64,000 nt of DNA from Phycisphaerae bacterium (GCA_963666835.2 CAXXGO010000006.1:1504001-1568000), one strand, 5' to 3'. Counted from the first letter of the stretch, positions 50,901 to 59,250 are shown. Notes: a model not told the origin generated them from the sequence alone. Program-made: numbers and translations.

Positions 50901-50920
50901 GACGCACGCGCCGTCGCTAG
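44963..50920 (+). CDS. Giant Thr/Ala-rich repetitive surface protein (adhesin/S-layer-like, probable beta-solenoid) with C-terminal Cys-Gly/TM/basic tail
   Basis: Signal peptide ending ALA; 11 repeats of 91 aa; Gly-rich and DDT acidic linker; about 40-aa acidic repeats; ends GMCGAFGMLCLPMTALTLLSMRRRTRRR. Confidence 0.85.
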   Translation: MPRSIKFVSAVVVSLGFACATPQALATDVSSSTTMSAIQASVTSDGIIAFTADATLTMNQNGTGVASITVATGVAATIDFGSSSNNYKLIFKNDAGAITLSGTGTLTIAGTDTGSGFDFSTTAASKTLTLTSSTSGTFSTAVASNRFILGNGNTLKIASGGTPVIYSVVTGGTTTIDVDADVTFTALTNAGATATTIDIADGVTATVTTPTLSTAVTLNGADTDSVLAFTNAGTLTGTITATGSAELQVGGASTITSIDHNATALVLDINESATITTLDNAGGTATTVDIAAGKTLTVTTATLSHAWTLNGGDTDSVMALTNAGTLTGTLTATGSAELEVNGASTFTSIDHNATALTFDINNDVTMTALDNAGASATTIDIADGKTLTVTTGTLTTAVTVNGADTDSVLKFTNAGTLTGTITTTGSAEIEVDGASTISSIDNNATALVLDIDNDVTITALDNAGATATTIDLVASKTLTVTTPTLSTAVTVNGAAADSVLKFTNAGTLTGTITVTGSAEIEVDGASTFTSIDHNATALTLDIDNDVTITALDNAGASATTIDIASAKTLTVTTPTLSTAVTVNGAATSSVLAFTNAGTLTGTITATGSAEIEVGGASTISSIDHNATALVLDINESATITALDNAGGSATTVDIADGKTLTVTTATLSAAWTLNGADTDSVMALTNAGTLTGTLTATGSAELEVNGASTFTSIDHNATALTLDINNDVTMTALDNAGATATTIDIADGKTLTVTTGTLSTAFTLNGADTDSVLNFTNAGTLTGTITTTGSAEIEVNGASTISSIDNNATALVLDIDNDVTITALDNAGATATTLDLVASKTLTVTTPTLSTAVTFNGAATDSVLKFTNAGTLTGTITVTGSGEIEVDGASTFTAIDSNATALTLDIDNDVTITSLDNAGASATTIDIITGKTLTVTTPTLSTAFTVNGAAATSVLAFTNAGTLTGTMTVTGSAEVEVNGASTFTSIDHNATALTFDINESATFTALDNAGATATTIDVADGKTLTVATPTLSTAWTLNGAADDSVIAFSNAGTLTGTITVTGSAKMRIGGASTITSIDHNATVLTIDADETATITALDNAGATATAIDIADGETLTITTPTLSTAWTLTGADTDSVLVFTNAGTLTGTVTVTGSVELELDAASTVSSIDNNATSFTVDVDESLTITALDGTGAAGTTIDVASGKTLSGTMTIGTSTLVLTGTGTIARVDATTGTVSDDGGSTISDLRALPGAGNTFTFTGTGNSTITTLANALTGAGNVFNKNGTGQVTITSGLTTLFDNAAGVLIDIDGGTVVVGAAGTNDDITFDDDADEITVASGGTLTTYGSFTVGAAGTNVNLDAAAGSTVNLSSTGGAETITAAANDDFHLLGTVNINGSDGDYTLAGGAFMFQLNDVNVNTTGSLIMTADTAKIDFSPSATVTLTGSATLTLGAAANGNEVVLDTIGDTGTFTIDRGESGVITFNHISLTRATYTSSTGCPAEADSITLTNIDFVSDNTNWEGACPRPNGGGGGGGGGTTEDDTEDSTDDTADDTTDDTTDDTADDTVDDTADDTTDEADVVGDDGTAEVGNEEVDVVVDGVDEGTEVTLETTDGETTLNIGEDLTVTVDGLDEGAEIDVAIDDNGDQALVFTNADGTEALALEVEGLGVGSDIDVSVDAEGNQTVTLTDADGNAALALEVDGLGAGAGIIVSVDEAGDQFVVLTDASGNEALSLEVGGLANAGTIDVSVDDEGDQTVVLTDAAGMSVTLDLNSLPDEAVVFAGTDDEGNILVDVADPSDERAGVAIMAPAGTGDATFVVTYDEEPESTPAGRVVPLIPGLKDELAYGGTVTVAASGLASGAVVTVALSYDDEDVTEIDESELRLHRFSNADGKYVPAGANDVGAVEATGVLDDYGVDVDANEAWVETQTLGSFAIGIPEDETLPLVIDDGTRSGCASGGGMCGAFGMLCLPMTALTLLSMRRRTRRR
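45526..48530 (+). repeat. Intragenic 273-bp (91-aa) tandem repeat, 11 units
   Basis: NAGTLTGT recurs every 273 bp from about 45654 to about 48384. Confidence 0.9.
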
Positions 50921-50942
50921 GACTCAGCGCACTTAGGCCTTC

Positions 50943-50998
50943 GAGCGGTGCTGCGGCCGGTCCCTCCGATGACCGGCTTCAGCGCCGCTCCCTTTTTT
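50943..50998 (+). terminator. Putative intrinsic terminator
   Basis: GAGCGGTGCTG...CAGCGCCGCTC stem followed by CCTTTTTT, just after the stop at 50920. Confidence 0.7.
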
Positions 50999-51346
50999 AT
51001 GTACCGAGGGATAGATTCGCCCCCCACCCCGTAGCGCAGGATTCCAGCCTGCTGGAGCGAAAGCAGGGTGCCCCGTCCTTCGCCCTGTGTTGTGTTGCAG
51101 CGGAAAGAGGGCCTCGGATACGGGTGGGGTTGCGGCGCAGGCGCTATCCGCCGGGCGAAGGGTGGGAGACTGATCGCCGAATGCCAGCCTTTCGCGGAGT
51201 CTTATCCGTCCCCCACCCATTCCGGCGGCGAGTTAACGTGGCAGGGTGCCCCGTCCTTCGCCCTGTGTTGTGTTGCAGCGGAAAGAGGGCCTCGGACACG
51301 GGTGGGGTTGCGGCGCAGGCGCTATCCGCCGGGCGAAGGGTGGGGG

Positions 51347-53273
51347 GAAAGCGCCGGTAAGCCGGTGAGGAGTAGTGGATGAGAGAGCCATACGGTGAAG
51401 GAATAGCGAACCACACCGACCCCGAGTCATACTGTGGTGTCCGCAAGGGCATGGCGGGAGCGTTGACAGGGGCACGTGCGGGCCGGCCATTGAGCCGTGA
51501 AAGCCTTTTACTCCGGAGTGCCGACGCCGTCCCCCAAGGCGGAAGGCAACACCGGAGGGCGTCGTTAACGCGAGACGCCTTTCGGACTCCGCGCGGTCTT
51601 AGAACCCGAGCACGCACGGAAACTCCTCACGCGGAACCCGGGAGATCCCGCGTTCGGCCTCGAACATGGCATCGAGGTCCGCAGTGTGAATCCATAGGAG
51701 CACGACACTGATGCACGGGCGCGGGAAGTCGGACAGGCCCATAGTACCGAAGAAGACTGCGAACAACGGTGATCCCCCGGCGGGGAGGTCGTCCGCGGAG
51801 CAGTTGGAGGAAAGGGGCCTGGCCAAGGGCAACTCGATTCGACACGACAGGCACCGTACGCAGAGCCGGGATCGTCTGCAAAGCGGGTTGGATCGGGTAC
51901 GACAGGCAGCGGTAAAGGATAAGGATTTACAGTTCACCACGCTTTGGCACCATGTCTATGATGTCGCTCGCCTCCGGGAGGCGTACTTGAGCCTCAAGCA
52001 TGCTTCGGCACCGGGGATGGACGGCATGACATGGGAGGCGTACGGCAGGGACCTAGAAGAACACCTCTTGGATCTGTCGGCACGTCTACAGCGCGGAGCG
52101 TACCGAGCGAGGCCGGTCAAGCGGGTCTACATTCCGAAACCCGATGGACGGCAGAGACCAATAGGGATTCCCGTGTTGGAAGACAAGATCGTCCAACGGG
52201 CGATGACCGATGTGCTCTCGGCTGTCTACGAGGCAGACTTCCTCGGGTTCTCCTACGGATTTCGACCAGGACGGGACGCCCATCAGGCGTTAAGTGCCCT
52301 GACTGTCGGCATCGAGAGGAAGAAGGTGAATTGGGTGCTGGATGCAGACATTCGTGGATTCTTCGATGCCATAGACCACGATTGGCTGATCAAGTTCGTC
52401 GAGCACCGGATCGCAGACCAGCGTGTCGTGCGTCACGTGAAGAAGTGGCTGAACGCCGGCGTGCTGGAGGACGGGTGTCGAAGGGACACGGAGACGGGGA
52501 CGCCGCAGGGGGGCAGTATCAGCCCGCTATTGGCGAACATCTATCTCCATTACGCCTTCGACTTATGGGCCCGCCAATGGCGACGGACGCAAGCTCACGG
52601 AGAGGTGATTATCGTGAGATATGCGGACGACTTCGTGGTGGGATTTCAACAGCGAGAGGATGCCGAGCGGTTTCGGGATGAGCTGACGGATCGCCTCCGG
52701 AAGTTCAAGCTGGAGCTACATGCGGACAAGACTCGTCTGATTGAGTTCGGCCGTTTTGCGTCGACCAATCGCAAGCGAGAAGGCCGCGGCAAACCGGCGA
52801 CCTTCGAGTTTCTGGGTTTTCGCCACATCTGTGGCAAGACCCGGCGTGGGAGGTTCACGGTACTACGGCAGACTGTCGCGAAACGACGGCGTGCGAAGCT
52901 CAAAGCGATTAAGCAAGAGCTTCGGCGACGTATGCATGCCCCCGTCCGAGAGGTGGGCGCGTATTTGCGGGCGGTGGTTCGCGGGTACTATCAGTATTAT
53001 GCGGTACCGCGGAACTACCCGGCCTTAACGGCATTTCGGGATGAGGTTGTCCGTCTTTGGCGCTGGACGCTCCGGCGTCGCAGCGAGAAGACTCGGATTA
53101 CCTGGGCCCGCATGAACCGTTTGGCCAAGCAGTGGATACCTGCTCCCAAAATCCTACATCCTTACCCCGACCGACACCTGGCCGTTATGACCCAAGGCAG
53201 GAGCCCAGTGCGGTAGTCCCGCACGCTGGGATCTGTGGAGGGGGTCCCGGGTAACCGGGATTCCTACTCCGAC
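51347..53273 (+). mobile_element. Group II intron (IIB-like; resembles bacterial class E), 1,927 nt
   Basis: DV GAGCCCAGTGCGGTAGTCCCGCACGCTGGGATC (AGC triad); DVI with bulged A at 53266 and AC 3' end; EBS1 CCCCCA (51531-51536) complementary to exon end TGGGGG (51341-51346); boundaries consistent with the uninterrupted sister repeat. Confidence 0.9.
51711..53216 (+). CDS. ltrA: Group II intron reverse transcriptase/maturase (no obvious En domain)
   Basis: APGMDG, YIPKPDGRQRPIGIP..EDKIVQ, SYGFRPGR, DADI.GFFD, GTPQGG.ISPLL, RYADD, FLGF, RGYYQYY (X domain). Confidence 0.95.
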   Translation: MHGRGKSDRPIVPKKTANNGDPPAGRSSAEQLEERGLAKGNSIRHDRHRTQSRDRLQSGLDRVRQAAVKDKDLQFTTLWHHVYDVARLREAYLSLKHASAPGMDGMTWEAYGRDLEEHLLDLSARLQRGAYRARPVKRVYIPKPDGRQRPIGIPVLEDKIVQRAMTDVLSAVYEADFLGFSYGFRPGRDAHQALSALTVGIERKKVNWVLDADIRGFFDAIDHDWLIKFVEHRIADQRVVRHVKKWLNAGVLEDGCRRDTETGTPQGGSISPLLANIYLHYAFDLWARQWRRTQAHGEVIIVRYADDFVVGFQQREDAERFRDELTDRLRKFKLELHADKTRLIEFGRFASTNRKREGRGKPATFEFLGFRHICGKTRRGRFTVLRQTVAKRRRAKLKAIKQELRRRMHAPVREVGAYLRAVVRGYYQYYAVPRNYPALTAFRDEVVRLWRWTLRRRSEKTRITWARMNRLAKQWIPAPKILHPYPDRHLAVMTQGRSPVR

Positions 53274-53548
53274 ACTGATCGTCGAATGCCAGCCCTTCGC
53301 GGGGTCTCATCCATCCCCCACCCATTCCGGCGGTGAGTTAACGTGCTTGCCGCAGCTCAGCAAACGCCGGAATGGATGGGGCACCCGCGCTTTCTGTGCA
53401 AGCTGGGCTCACGTGTTTCAGGGTTCCGAGGCACGAGCGGTTGACTTACGTGAGTTTATGCCCACAACATGAGTATGAACGGGTGTTCCCTCGCCGGGTG
53501 GCCCATCGCTTCAGCGGTGGGGGACGCCGTTGCCCGAGAGGCGAGCTG

Positions 53549-54658
53549 ATGGCCGAGGACTCCGCTGCCGATTCGCCGTTGCTGGATGTCCAGGACCTTC
53601 GCGTTACGTTTGCGAATGACGTGCGGGAAGTGCCGGTTGTGGACGGGGTCTCGCTGCGCGTTCCGCGCGGGAGAACCGTGGCGCTGGTCGGTGAGAGCGG
53701 CTGCGGCAAAAGTGTCACGGCGCTGTCGATAATGCGGCTGATTCCGCAGCCGCCCGGGCGGATTGCCGCCGGACGAGTGCTGCTGGCCGATCACCGTTCG
53801 GCGGAGCCCGTCGATTTGCTTCAACTGCCCGAACGGGAGATGCCCGCGGTCCGTGGTAAGCGCGTGGCCATGATCTTCCAAGAGCCCTTCGCGTCGTTGA
53901 CCCCGGTGTATTCGATTGGCGATCAGCTTATCGAGGCATTGACGTTACATCGGGCGATGCACGGAAGTGCCGCCCGTGCCGCGGCCGTCGAGCTGCTCGA
54001 CCGGGTCGGGATCGGCGAGCCCGCCCAGCGCCTGCGCGAGTATCCGCACCAGCTTTCCGGGGGTATGTGCCAACGGGTGATGATTGCGATGGCTCTGGCC
54101 GGCCGGCCGGAGCTGCTGATTGCCGATGAGCCGACTACCGCTCTCGACGTCACCGTGCAGTTGCAGATTCTCGATCTTATGCGGTCGCTACAGGCCCAGA
54201 CCGGTATGGGTATTATCATGATTACGCACGATTTGGGCGTGGTGGCCGAGGTCGCGGATTACGTCTACGTGATGTACGCGGGGCGGATTGTTGAACACGC
54301 CCCGACCGCGTCGCTGTTGACTCATCCGCTGCACCCGTACACGAACGGTCTGCTCCGTTGCATCCCGCGGCTGGACGATGATCGTGATCGCCTCGAAGTA
54401 ATCCCCGGCCGCGTCCCCGATCCCGCCGATCTTCCCGCCGGCTGCCCGTTCCACCCGCGTTGTGATCTTGCCGCCCGGCTGGCTGAGAGTGCGGGCAAGG
54501 AGGCCGCCGACAAGAAGACCGCGGCAACTTGCGCGTCGACCGGTTGTGAGGTCCTTTCGCGCTGTGCGGGCGTCGGTTCTGGGGAATCCGCCGGCCCACC
54601 TGGCTTGACCGAGATTGCGGAAGGCCACTGCGTTGCCTGCTGGGAAGCGCACTCATGA
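53549..54658 (+). CDS. Oligopeptide/dipeptide ABC transporter ATP-binding protein (OppD/DppD-like)
   Basis: GESGCGKS, MIFQEP, YPHQLSGGM.QR, IADEPTTALD, ITHD, HPYT..LL and GCPFHPRC. Confidence 0.93.
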   Translation: MAEDSAADSPLLDVQDLRVTFANDVREVPVVDGVSLRVPRGRTVALVGESGCGKSVTALSIMRLIPQPPGRIAAGRVLLADHRSAEPVDLLQLPEREMPAVRGKRVAMIFQEPFASLTPVYSIGDQLIEALTLHRAMHGSAARAAAVELLDRVGIGEPAQRLREYPHQLSGGMCQRVMIAMALAGRPELLIADEPTTALDVTVQLQILDLMRSLQAQTGMGIIMITHDLGVVAEVADYVYVMYAGRIVEHAPTASLLTHPLHPYTNGLLRCIPRLDDDRDRLEVIPGRVPDPADLPAGCPFHPRCDLAARLAESAGKEAADKKTAATCASTGCEVLSRCAGVGSGESAGPPGLTEIAEGHCVACWEAHS

Positions 54659-54964
54659 TTGCCAATCGGTGTCGGTCGGCCGGCTGGTCCATCTCCTTGG
54701 AGGCGGGGGGCGAACTGCCAAAGCTGGTAGGGCACGGTCGAGGTACGAGACCTGCCACAAAGGTTCGCATCGCGCGAAGATCTGTCTTGACCGAGATTGC
54801 GGAAGGCCACTCCGTGGTCTGTTGGGAAGCGCACTCATGATTGCCAATTGGTGTCGGTCGGCCGGCTGGTCCATCTCCTTGGAGGCGGGGGGCGAGCTGC
54901 CAAAGCTGGTAGGGCACGGTCGAGGTACGAGACCTGCCACAAAGGTTCGCATCGTGCGAAGATC
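54604..54964 (+). repeat. 182-bp-period tandem duplication that includes the last about 17 codons of the ABC ATPase gene
   Basis: 54604-54782 versus 54786-54964; both encode LTEIAEGHxVxCWEAHS*. Confidence 0.9.
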
Positions 54965-55557
54965 ACGGCAGGTCTCGTTCCTCGACGCTGCCCTACACCC
55001 GGCTGCGCCGCCCCGTAGCGCAGGCTTCCAACCTGCCCCCGTGGTTTGTGGCATGGGCCGGGTGGTCCTTTGGGACTTAGCTGGTAGGGCACGGTCGAGG
55101 TACGAGACCTGCCACAAAGGCGCGCATCGCGCGAAGATCACGGCAGGTCTCGTGCCTCGACGCTGCCCTACACTCGCCTGCGCCGCCCCGTGGCGCAGGC
55201 TTCCAACCTGCCCCCGTGGTTCGTGGCATGGGCCGGGTGGTCCTTTGGGACTTAGCTGGTAGGGCACGGTCGAGGTACGAGACCTGCCACAAAGGCGCGC
55301 ATCGCGCGAAGATCACGGCAGGTCTCGTTCCTCGACGCTGCCCCACACCCGCCTGCGCCGCCCCGTGGCGCAGGCTTCCAACCTGCCCCCGTGGTTCGTG
55401 GCATGGGCCGGGTGGTCCTTTGGGACTCAGCTGGTAGGGCACGGTCGAGGTACGAGACCTGCCACAGAGGCTCGCATCGCGCGAAGATCACGGCAGGTCT
55501 CGTACCTCGACGCTGCCCTACACCCGCCTACGTTGCCCCGCAGCGCAGGCTTCCAAC

Positions 55558-57094
55558 CAATAGTGTCCGGGATTCTCGGGGGAGTTCGGGGCGGTGGGCG
55601 CGGGCCCTCAGAAGGCGTGCAGCCAACCTAACATAAACCAAACTTGCGCCCAGCCTCACTTTGTGCTCTACTCTGGGCACGATGACGCGCAGGCGAAAGA
55701 AAGCCCAGAAAGCAGAGGAGAAGCGCAAAAGGCGTGCGCGCCGGGCCAAGTTGCCGCCCGATTTGATCGGAATCCGCTACACACGATTGATCGAAGACTA
55801 CCTCGAACACCTCCATGACCAGCCGGCCCACGCCAACCGGGACGTGTTCTACGATCAACTGGTGGTGGCTCACCTGTTGGCCTTCTTCAACCCGTCGGTT
55901 ACAGGCCTGCGCAGCATCGAGGATCTCTTCGAACATCCTCGGATTCGAAAGCGGTATGGAATCCCTCGGATGCCCAAGAGCACAGTCTCCGACGCCCAGA
56001 AGGTCTTCGACCCGGCCCTACTGCTGCCGTTGATCGACTCGCTTGTGGAGCGTGCCGACATCCAACCACATGACAACCGCCTGGATAGCCTGACACAGAA
56101 GCTCCTGGCCGTCGACGGCACCTTCTTCGCGGTGGCTCCGCGAATCGCCTGGGCGTTGTACAACCAATCCGAGAAGAAGGGGGTCCGTAAGGGCCAGATC
56201 CGCGTGCACGTCGATTTCGATGTCCTCAAGGGCGTTCCCGAATGTTGCACGGTCACGGATGGACAGATGCGTGAAGCCAAGGTGCTCGGAACGCATCTTG
56301 AGCCCGATTGCCTGTACGTCATGGACCGCGGTTTTCAATCGTATGGCCTCCTCGAGGAAATCATTAAGGTCAAGAGTTCCTTCGTCGTGCGTTTGCGTAA
56401 GAACGTGCATACCAATTCCGTAAGGGTCAAACCGCTCAGCGATGAGGATGTGGCCGCAGGTGTTGCGATCGACACCGAGGTTACCTTGGGCGTTGATCCC
56501 GAGGCGCACGACTTACCGCGTTTACGTGAGGTAGTGGTCGAGTTCACCGACCGCGAAGGTAAACAGAAGCGGATGCGTTTGCTTACGGACTTGTTGGACA
56601 TCCCGGCCTGGATGATCGCGCTGATCTACCAGCACCGGTGGCAAGTAGAGCTGTTCTTCCGATGGCTGAAGAGTTCTGCGAGTTTCCAGCATTTCTTCTC
56701 GGAAGACGAATCCGGGATGACCGTGCAGGTCTACGTGATGATGGTGGCGTTGCTGCTGATCGCGGTCGAGACTGGCTCGCGGCCATCGAAATACGACTTT
56801 GTGATTGTCTCAGCCGTAGTTTCCGGGTTAATGCCGCGGCAAGGATCGTTCGAGATTGCTGAGCGACGGCGTCGTGAACGCCGCCGCGCCGCCGAACGGC
56901 AACGCGAAAAAAACAGGAAGTAGCGTTCCGCGCCGGTCCGCAGCCCGACCAGCGCGGCTATCGGTATGCGCCGAGTAAGGCAGCTTGCGCCCGTCGCTCC
57001 ACGGGGCCTGCGCCGCCCGCGCACCGCCTCAGCTCGCGGCTCACGCCAGCGAGCCCGGATCCGCCGTGAAATCAACGGGTTCCGGACATTATTG
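55558..57094 (+). mobile_element. IS4-family insertion sequence, 1,537 bp, with 9-bp TSD
   Basis: IRs CAATAGTGTCCGG / CCGGACATTATTG (12/13 match); TSD GCTTCCAAC at 55549-55557 and 57095-57103. Confidence 0.93.
55682..56923 (+). CDS. IS4-family DDE transposase
   Basis: AVDGT, MDRGF and YQHRWQVELFFRWLK (Y-2-R-3-E-6-K signature). Confidence 0.93.
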   Translation: MTRRRKKAQKAEEKRKRRARRAKLPPDLIGIRYTRLIEDYLEHLHDQPAHANRDVFYDQLVVAHLLAFFNPSVTGLRSIEDLFEHPRIRKRYGIPRMPKSTVSDAQKVFDPALLLPLIDSLVERADIQPHDNRLDSLTQKLLAVDGTFFAVAPRIAWALYNQSEKKGVRKGQIRVHVDFDVLKGVPECCTVTDGQMREAKVLGTHLEPDCLYVMDRGFQSYGLLEEIIKVKSSFVVRLRKNVHTNSVRVKPLSDEDVAAGVAIDTEVTLGVDPEAHDLPRLREVVVEFTDREGKQKRMRLLTDLLDIPAWMIALIYQHRWQVELFFRWLKSSASFQHFFSEDESGMTVQVYVMMVALLLIAVETGSRPSKYDFVIVSAVVSGLMPRQGSFEIAERRRRERRRAAERQREKNRK

Positions 57095-57542
57095 GCTTCC
57101 AACCTGCCCCCGTGGTTCGTGGCATGGGCCGGGTGGTCCTTTGGGACTTAGCTGGTAGGGCACGGTCGAGGCACGAGACCTGCCACAGAGGCTCGCATCG
57201 CGCGAAGATCACGGCAGGTCTCGTGCCTCGACGCTGCCCTACACCCGGCTGCGCCGCCCCGTAGCGCAGGCTTCCAACCTGCCCCCGTGGTTTGTGGCAT
57301 GGGCCGGGTGGTCCTTTGGGACTTAGCTGGTAGGGCACGGTCAAGGCACGAGACCTGCCACAGAGGCTCGCATCGCGCGAAGATCACGGCAGGTCTCGTA
57401 CCTCGACGCTGCCCTACACCCGCCTACGTTGCCCCGCAGCGCAGGCTTCCAACCTGCCCCCGTGGAACAAGCCCTGGTTGTTCTCCACATTATTCGACGC
57501 ATGTACCAACCACAGCCGTTTGATCTTCGATCGCGATTCTCC

Positions 57543-57849
57543 AGCCCGAAGGGCTCAGATGAAGTAGCCGGGGGCAAGTCCGCCATCGGCGGACGCCGCC
57601 CCCGGACCCGATCCCCACAACCTACCTTACCCCGGTAGGGGTCAAAATGCCTTGGGCGAATGCATCTCGCGAGTCCGCCATGTCTTTCGACGAGTTCTCG
57701 ATAAAACCGGATAGCGGAAACGGACGCGCGGCTCATCGACGCCGTCTGTTTCACCCTTCAGGGTGATTGCGGTTGTTGGGCTCCCACCGGGGGCGGCGGC
57801 CGCTGCGCGGCCTTGCCCCCGGCTATTACCTTGCAGACTTTCAGCCTGA
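57543..57849. repeat. Long imperfect inverted-repeat (MITE-like) element
   Basis: TAGCCGGGGGCAAG...GCCGCCCCCGG (about 57564-57604) is inverted relative to CCGGGGGCGGCGG...CTTGCCCCCGGCTA (about 57787-57825). Confidence 0.6.
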
Positions 57850-58155
57850 ACACCGAGCCGGCTTGCAGCTTGTCAGGCTCTTGGCCTTAGCACGCGTCCC
57901 GCCGAATCGGCAAACGCTCGAGCCAATGCCGCCCGGACGTGGGGGAGCCGATGACGAACATCGCGTCCAGTCTCTCGATCCTCGCCCGGGCAGCCACCAG
58001 ACGTGACGTCGTCCACGCCGGGGTATTGTGCTACACTGGCCACAAGTCGAAATCGGGGTGGGACCTAGTTTCTGAAGGCGGGCCGCGTTGGGGTGGCAGC
58101 GGGCCGGTCTTCATGGGTCGTTTACCCCGGCGACCTGCGGAGGACAATCGCGACC

Positions 58156-59250
58156 ATGAGATTCCGTATCCATTGGGTACTCGGGACGGCTATCGTGGTT
58201 ATGGTCTGCCTGATCCCGCTGCTGCTTTGGGCGTATGAGATCGACCTCGTCTCGCAGGTCATTGCGGTGACCATCGCAGTGGCGAGCGTGGCCGCCCTTG
58301 CCACCTTGGCGTTCAGCCGGGTCAAGAGAACGTGCGAGAAGACCATCGACTCGCCGGTTCAAGGCGACGCGAGCACGCCGGGCGACATTCCGGACGACGT
58401 CTTCTGCCCGGCGTGCAGCTACAGCCTTCGTGGCGCTCCCGGGGGGAAGTGTCCGGAATGTGGTTACGGGCTGGCGAGTATAAGATCAGGCGTCTGCCGA
58501 ATCCCGTGGGTCCGGCGGCGAGAGATAGGGCGGTTTCGCAGTTTCTGGTCTACCGTGTGGATGGTAATCGTCCGCCACAAGACCTTCTGCGAGGAGTTCG
58601 CTCACGCGGTCAACTTCTCCGATGCACGCGCCTTCCGCTGCGTATCCGTTCTGCACGTATACATCCCCGTGCTGCTGGCTACCCTTCTTTTATACGCCAC
58701 AGTGCCGCCTTGGTCTGAAGTCGGCAACCCGATCTGGCAAGTCGCGGTGACGGGTGCGGTGAAGTACGGTTCGTCCTTTTTTGACCGGGTCTACATAGAA
58801 GTCTGGCCGGCGGCGCTGCTGCACGTTTGCTTCCTAATGCTCCTGTTCGCCGCCACCTCGGAACCCAGCTACTTCGTTCGGGCGAAGTCAGCGAGTGCTC
58901 GACGACAACACAACATCATGGCGATGAGCTACTACACTTGCGGCTCACTCGCGCTGATGTCTGTTCTGTGTGGGGGCATTCTGGTAGTCCTCGGTCTCAT
59001 ATCGATTGACGGGAGCCGGTCGGTCGGCGGAGCGTGGGCTTGCGGGGTGGCCGGGGGAGTCGCCGTGGCGATCTGGTGGTGGAACCTGGTCCGCCTGGTC
59101 CGGCGGACAATGCCGCAGTTGCGAAAGAAGGCCGCGATCTTAACGTTCGGCGTTCCCGCTACGTGGCTTGGCCTGAGCATTCTGTATCTGATCGTGCTGC
59201 CCTCGATCGTGTCGTTCGTTCTTGTCGTCGTTTTCAGTCTCGCGGATTGA
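58156..59250 (+). CDS. Membrane protein with zinc-ribbon motif
   Basis: CPACSYSLRGAPGGKCPECG between N-terminal and C-terminal TM helices. Confidence 0.78.
   Translation: MRFRIHWVLGTAIVVMVCLIPLLLWAYEIDLVSQVIAVTIAVASVAALATLAFSRVKRTCEKTIDSPVQGDASTPGDIPDDVFCPACSYSLRGAPGGKCPECGYGLASIRSGVCRIPWVRRREIGRFRSFWSTVWMVIVRHKTFCEEFAHAVNFSDARAFRCVSVLHVYIPVLLATLLLYATVPPWSEVGNPIWQVAVTGAVKYGSSFFDRVYIEVWPAALLHVCFLMLLFAATSEPSYFVRAKSASARRQHNIMAMSYYTCGSLALMSVLCGGILVVLGLISIDGSRSVGGAWACGVAGGVAVAIWWWNLVRLVRRTMPQLRKKAAILTFGVPATWLGLSILYLIVLPSIVSFVLVVVFSLAD

Larger units (their letters stand above)
51063..53345 (+). repeat. 178-bp tandem repeat, two copies; the second is split by the group II intron
   Basis: Copy 1 is 51063-51240; copy 2 is 51241-51346 plus 53274-53345 (106+72=178 bp). 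Confidence 0.9.
54906..57464 (+). repeat. 175-bp BIME/REPIN-like tandem array (6 units), interrupted by an IS4 element
   Basis: Units start at 54906, 55081, 55256, 55431, 57152 and 57327; each has an inverted REP pair GTAGGGCACGGTCGAGG.ACGAGACCTGCC...GGCAGGTCTCG..CCTCGACGCTGCCCTAC plus a GCAGGCTTCCAACCTGC hairpin. Confidence 0.92.

Noticed and set aside
51711..54964. Diversity-generating retroelement (RT near a duplicated gene 3' end resembling VR/TR)
   Set aside because: The RT is embedded in a full group II intron (DV/DVI, YADD), and the differences between the duplicated gene ends are G/C, T/G and C/T changes rather than adenine-specific ones
54906..57464. Possible CRISPR array (regularly spaced palindromic repeats)
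   Set aside because: The sequence between palindromes is near-identical from unit to unit rather than unique spacers, the period is 175 bp, and there are no cas genes; it is a REP/BIME-like array
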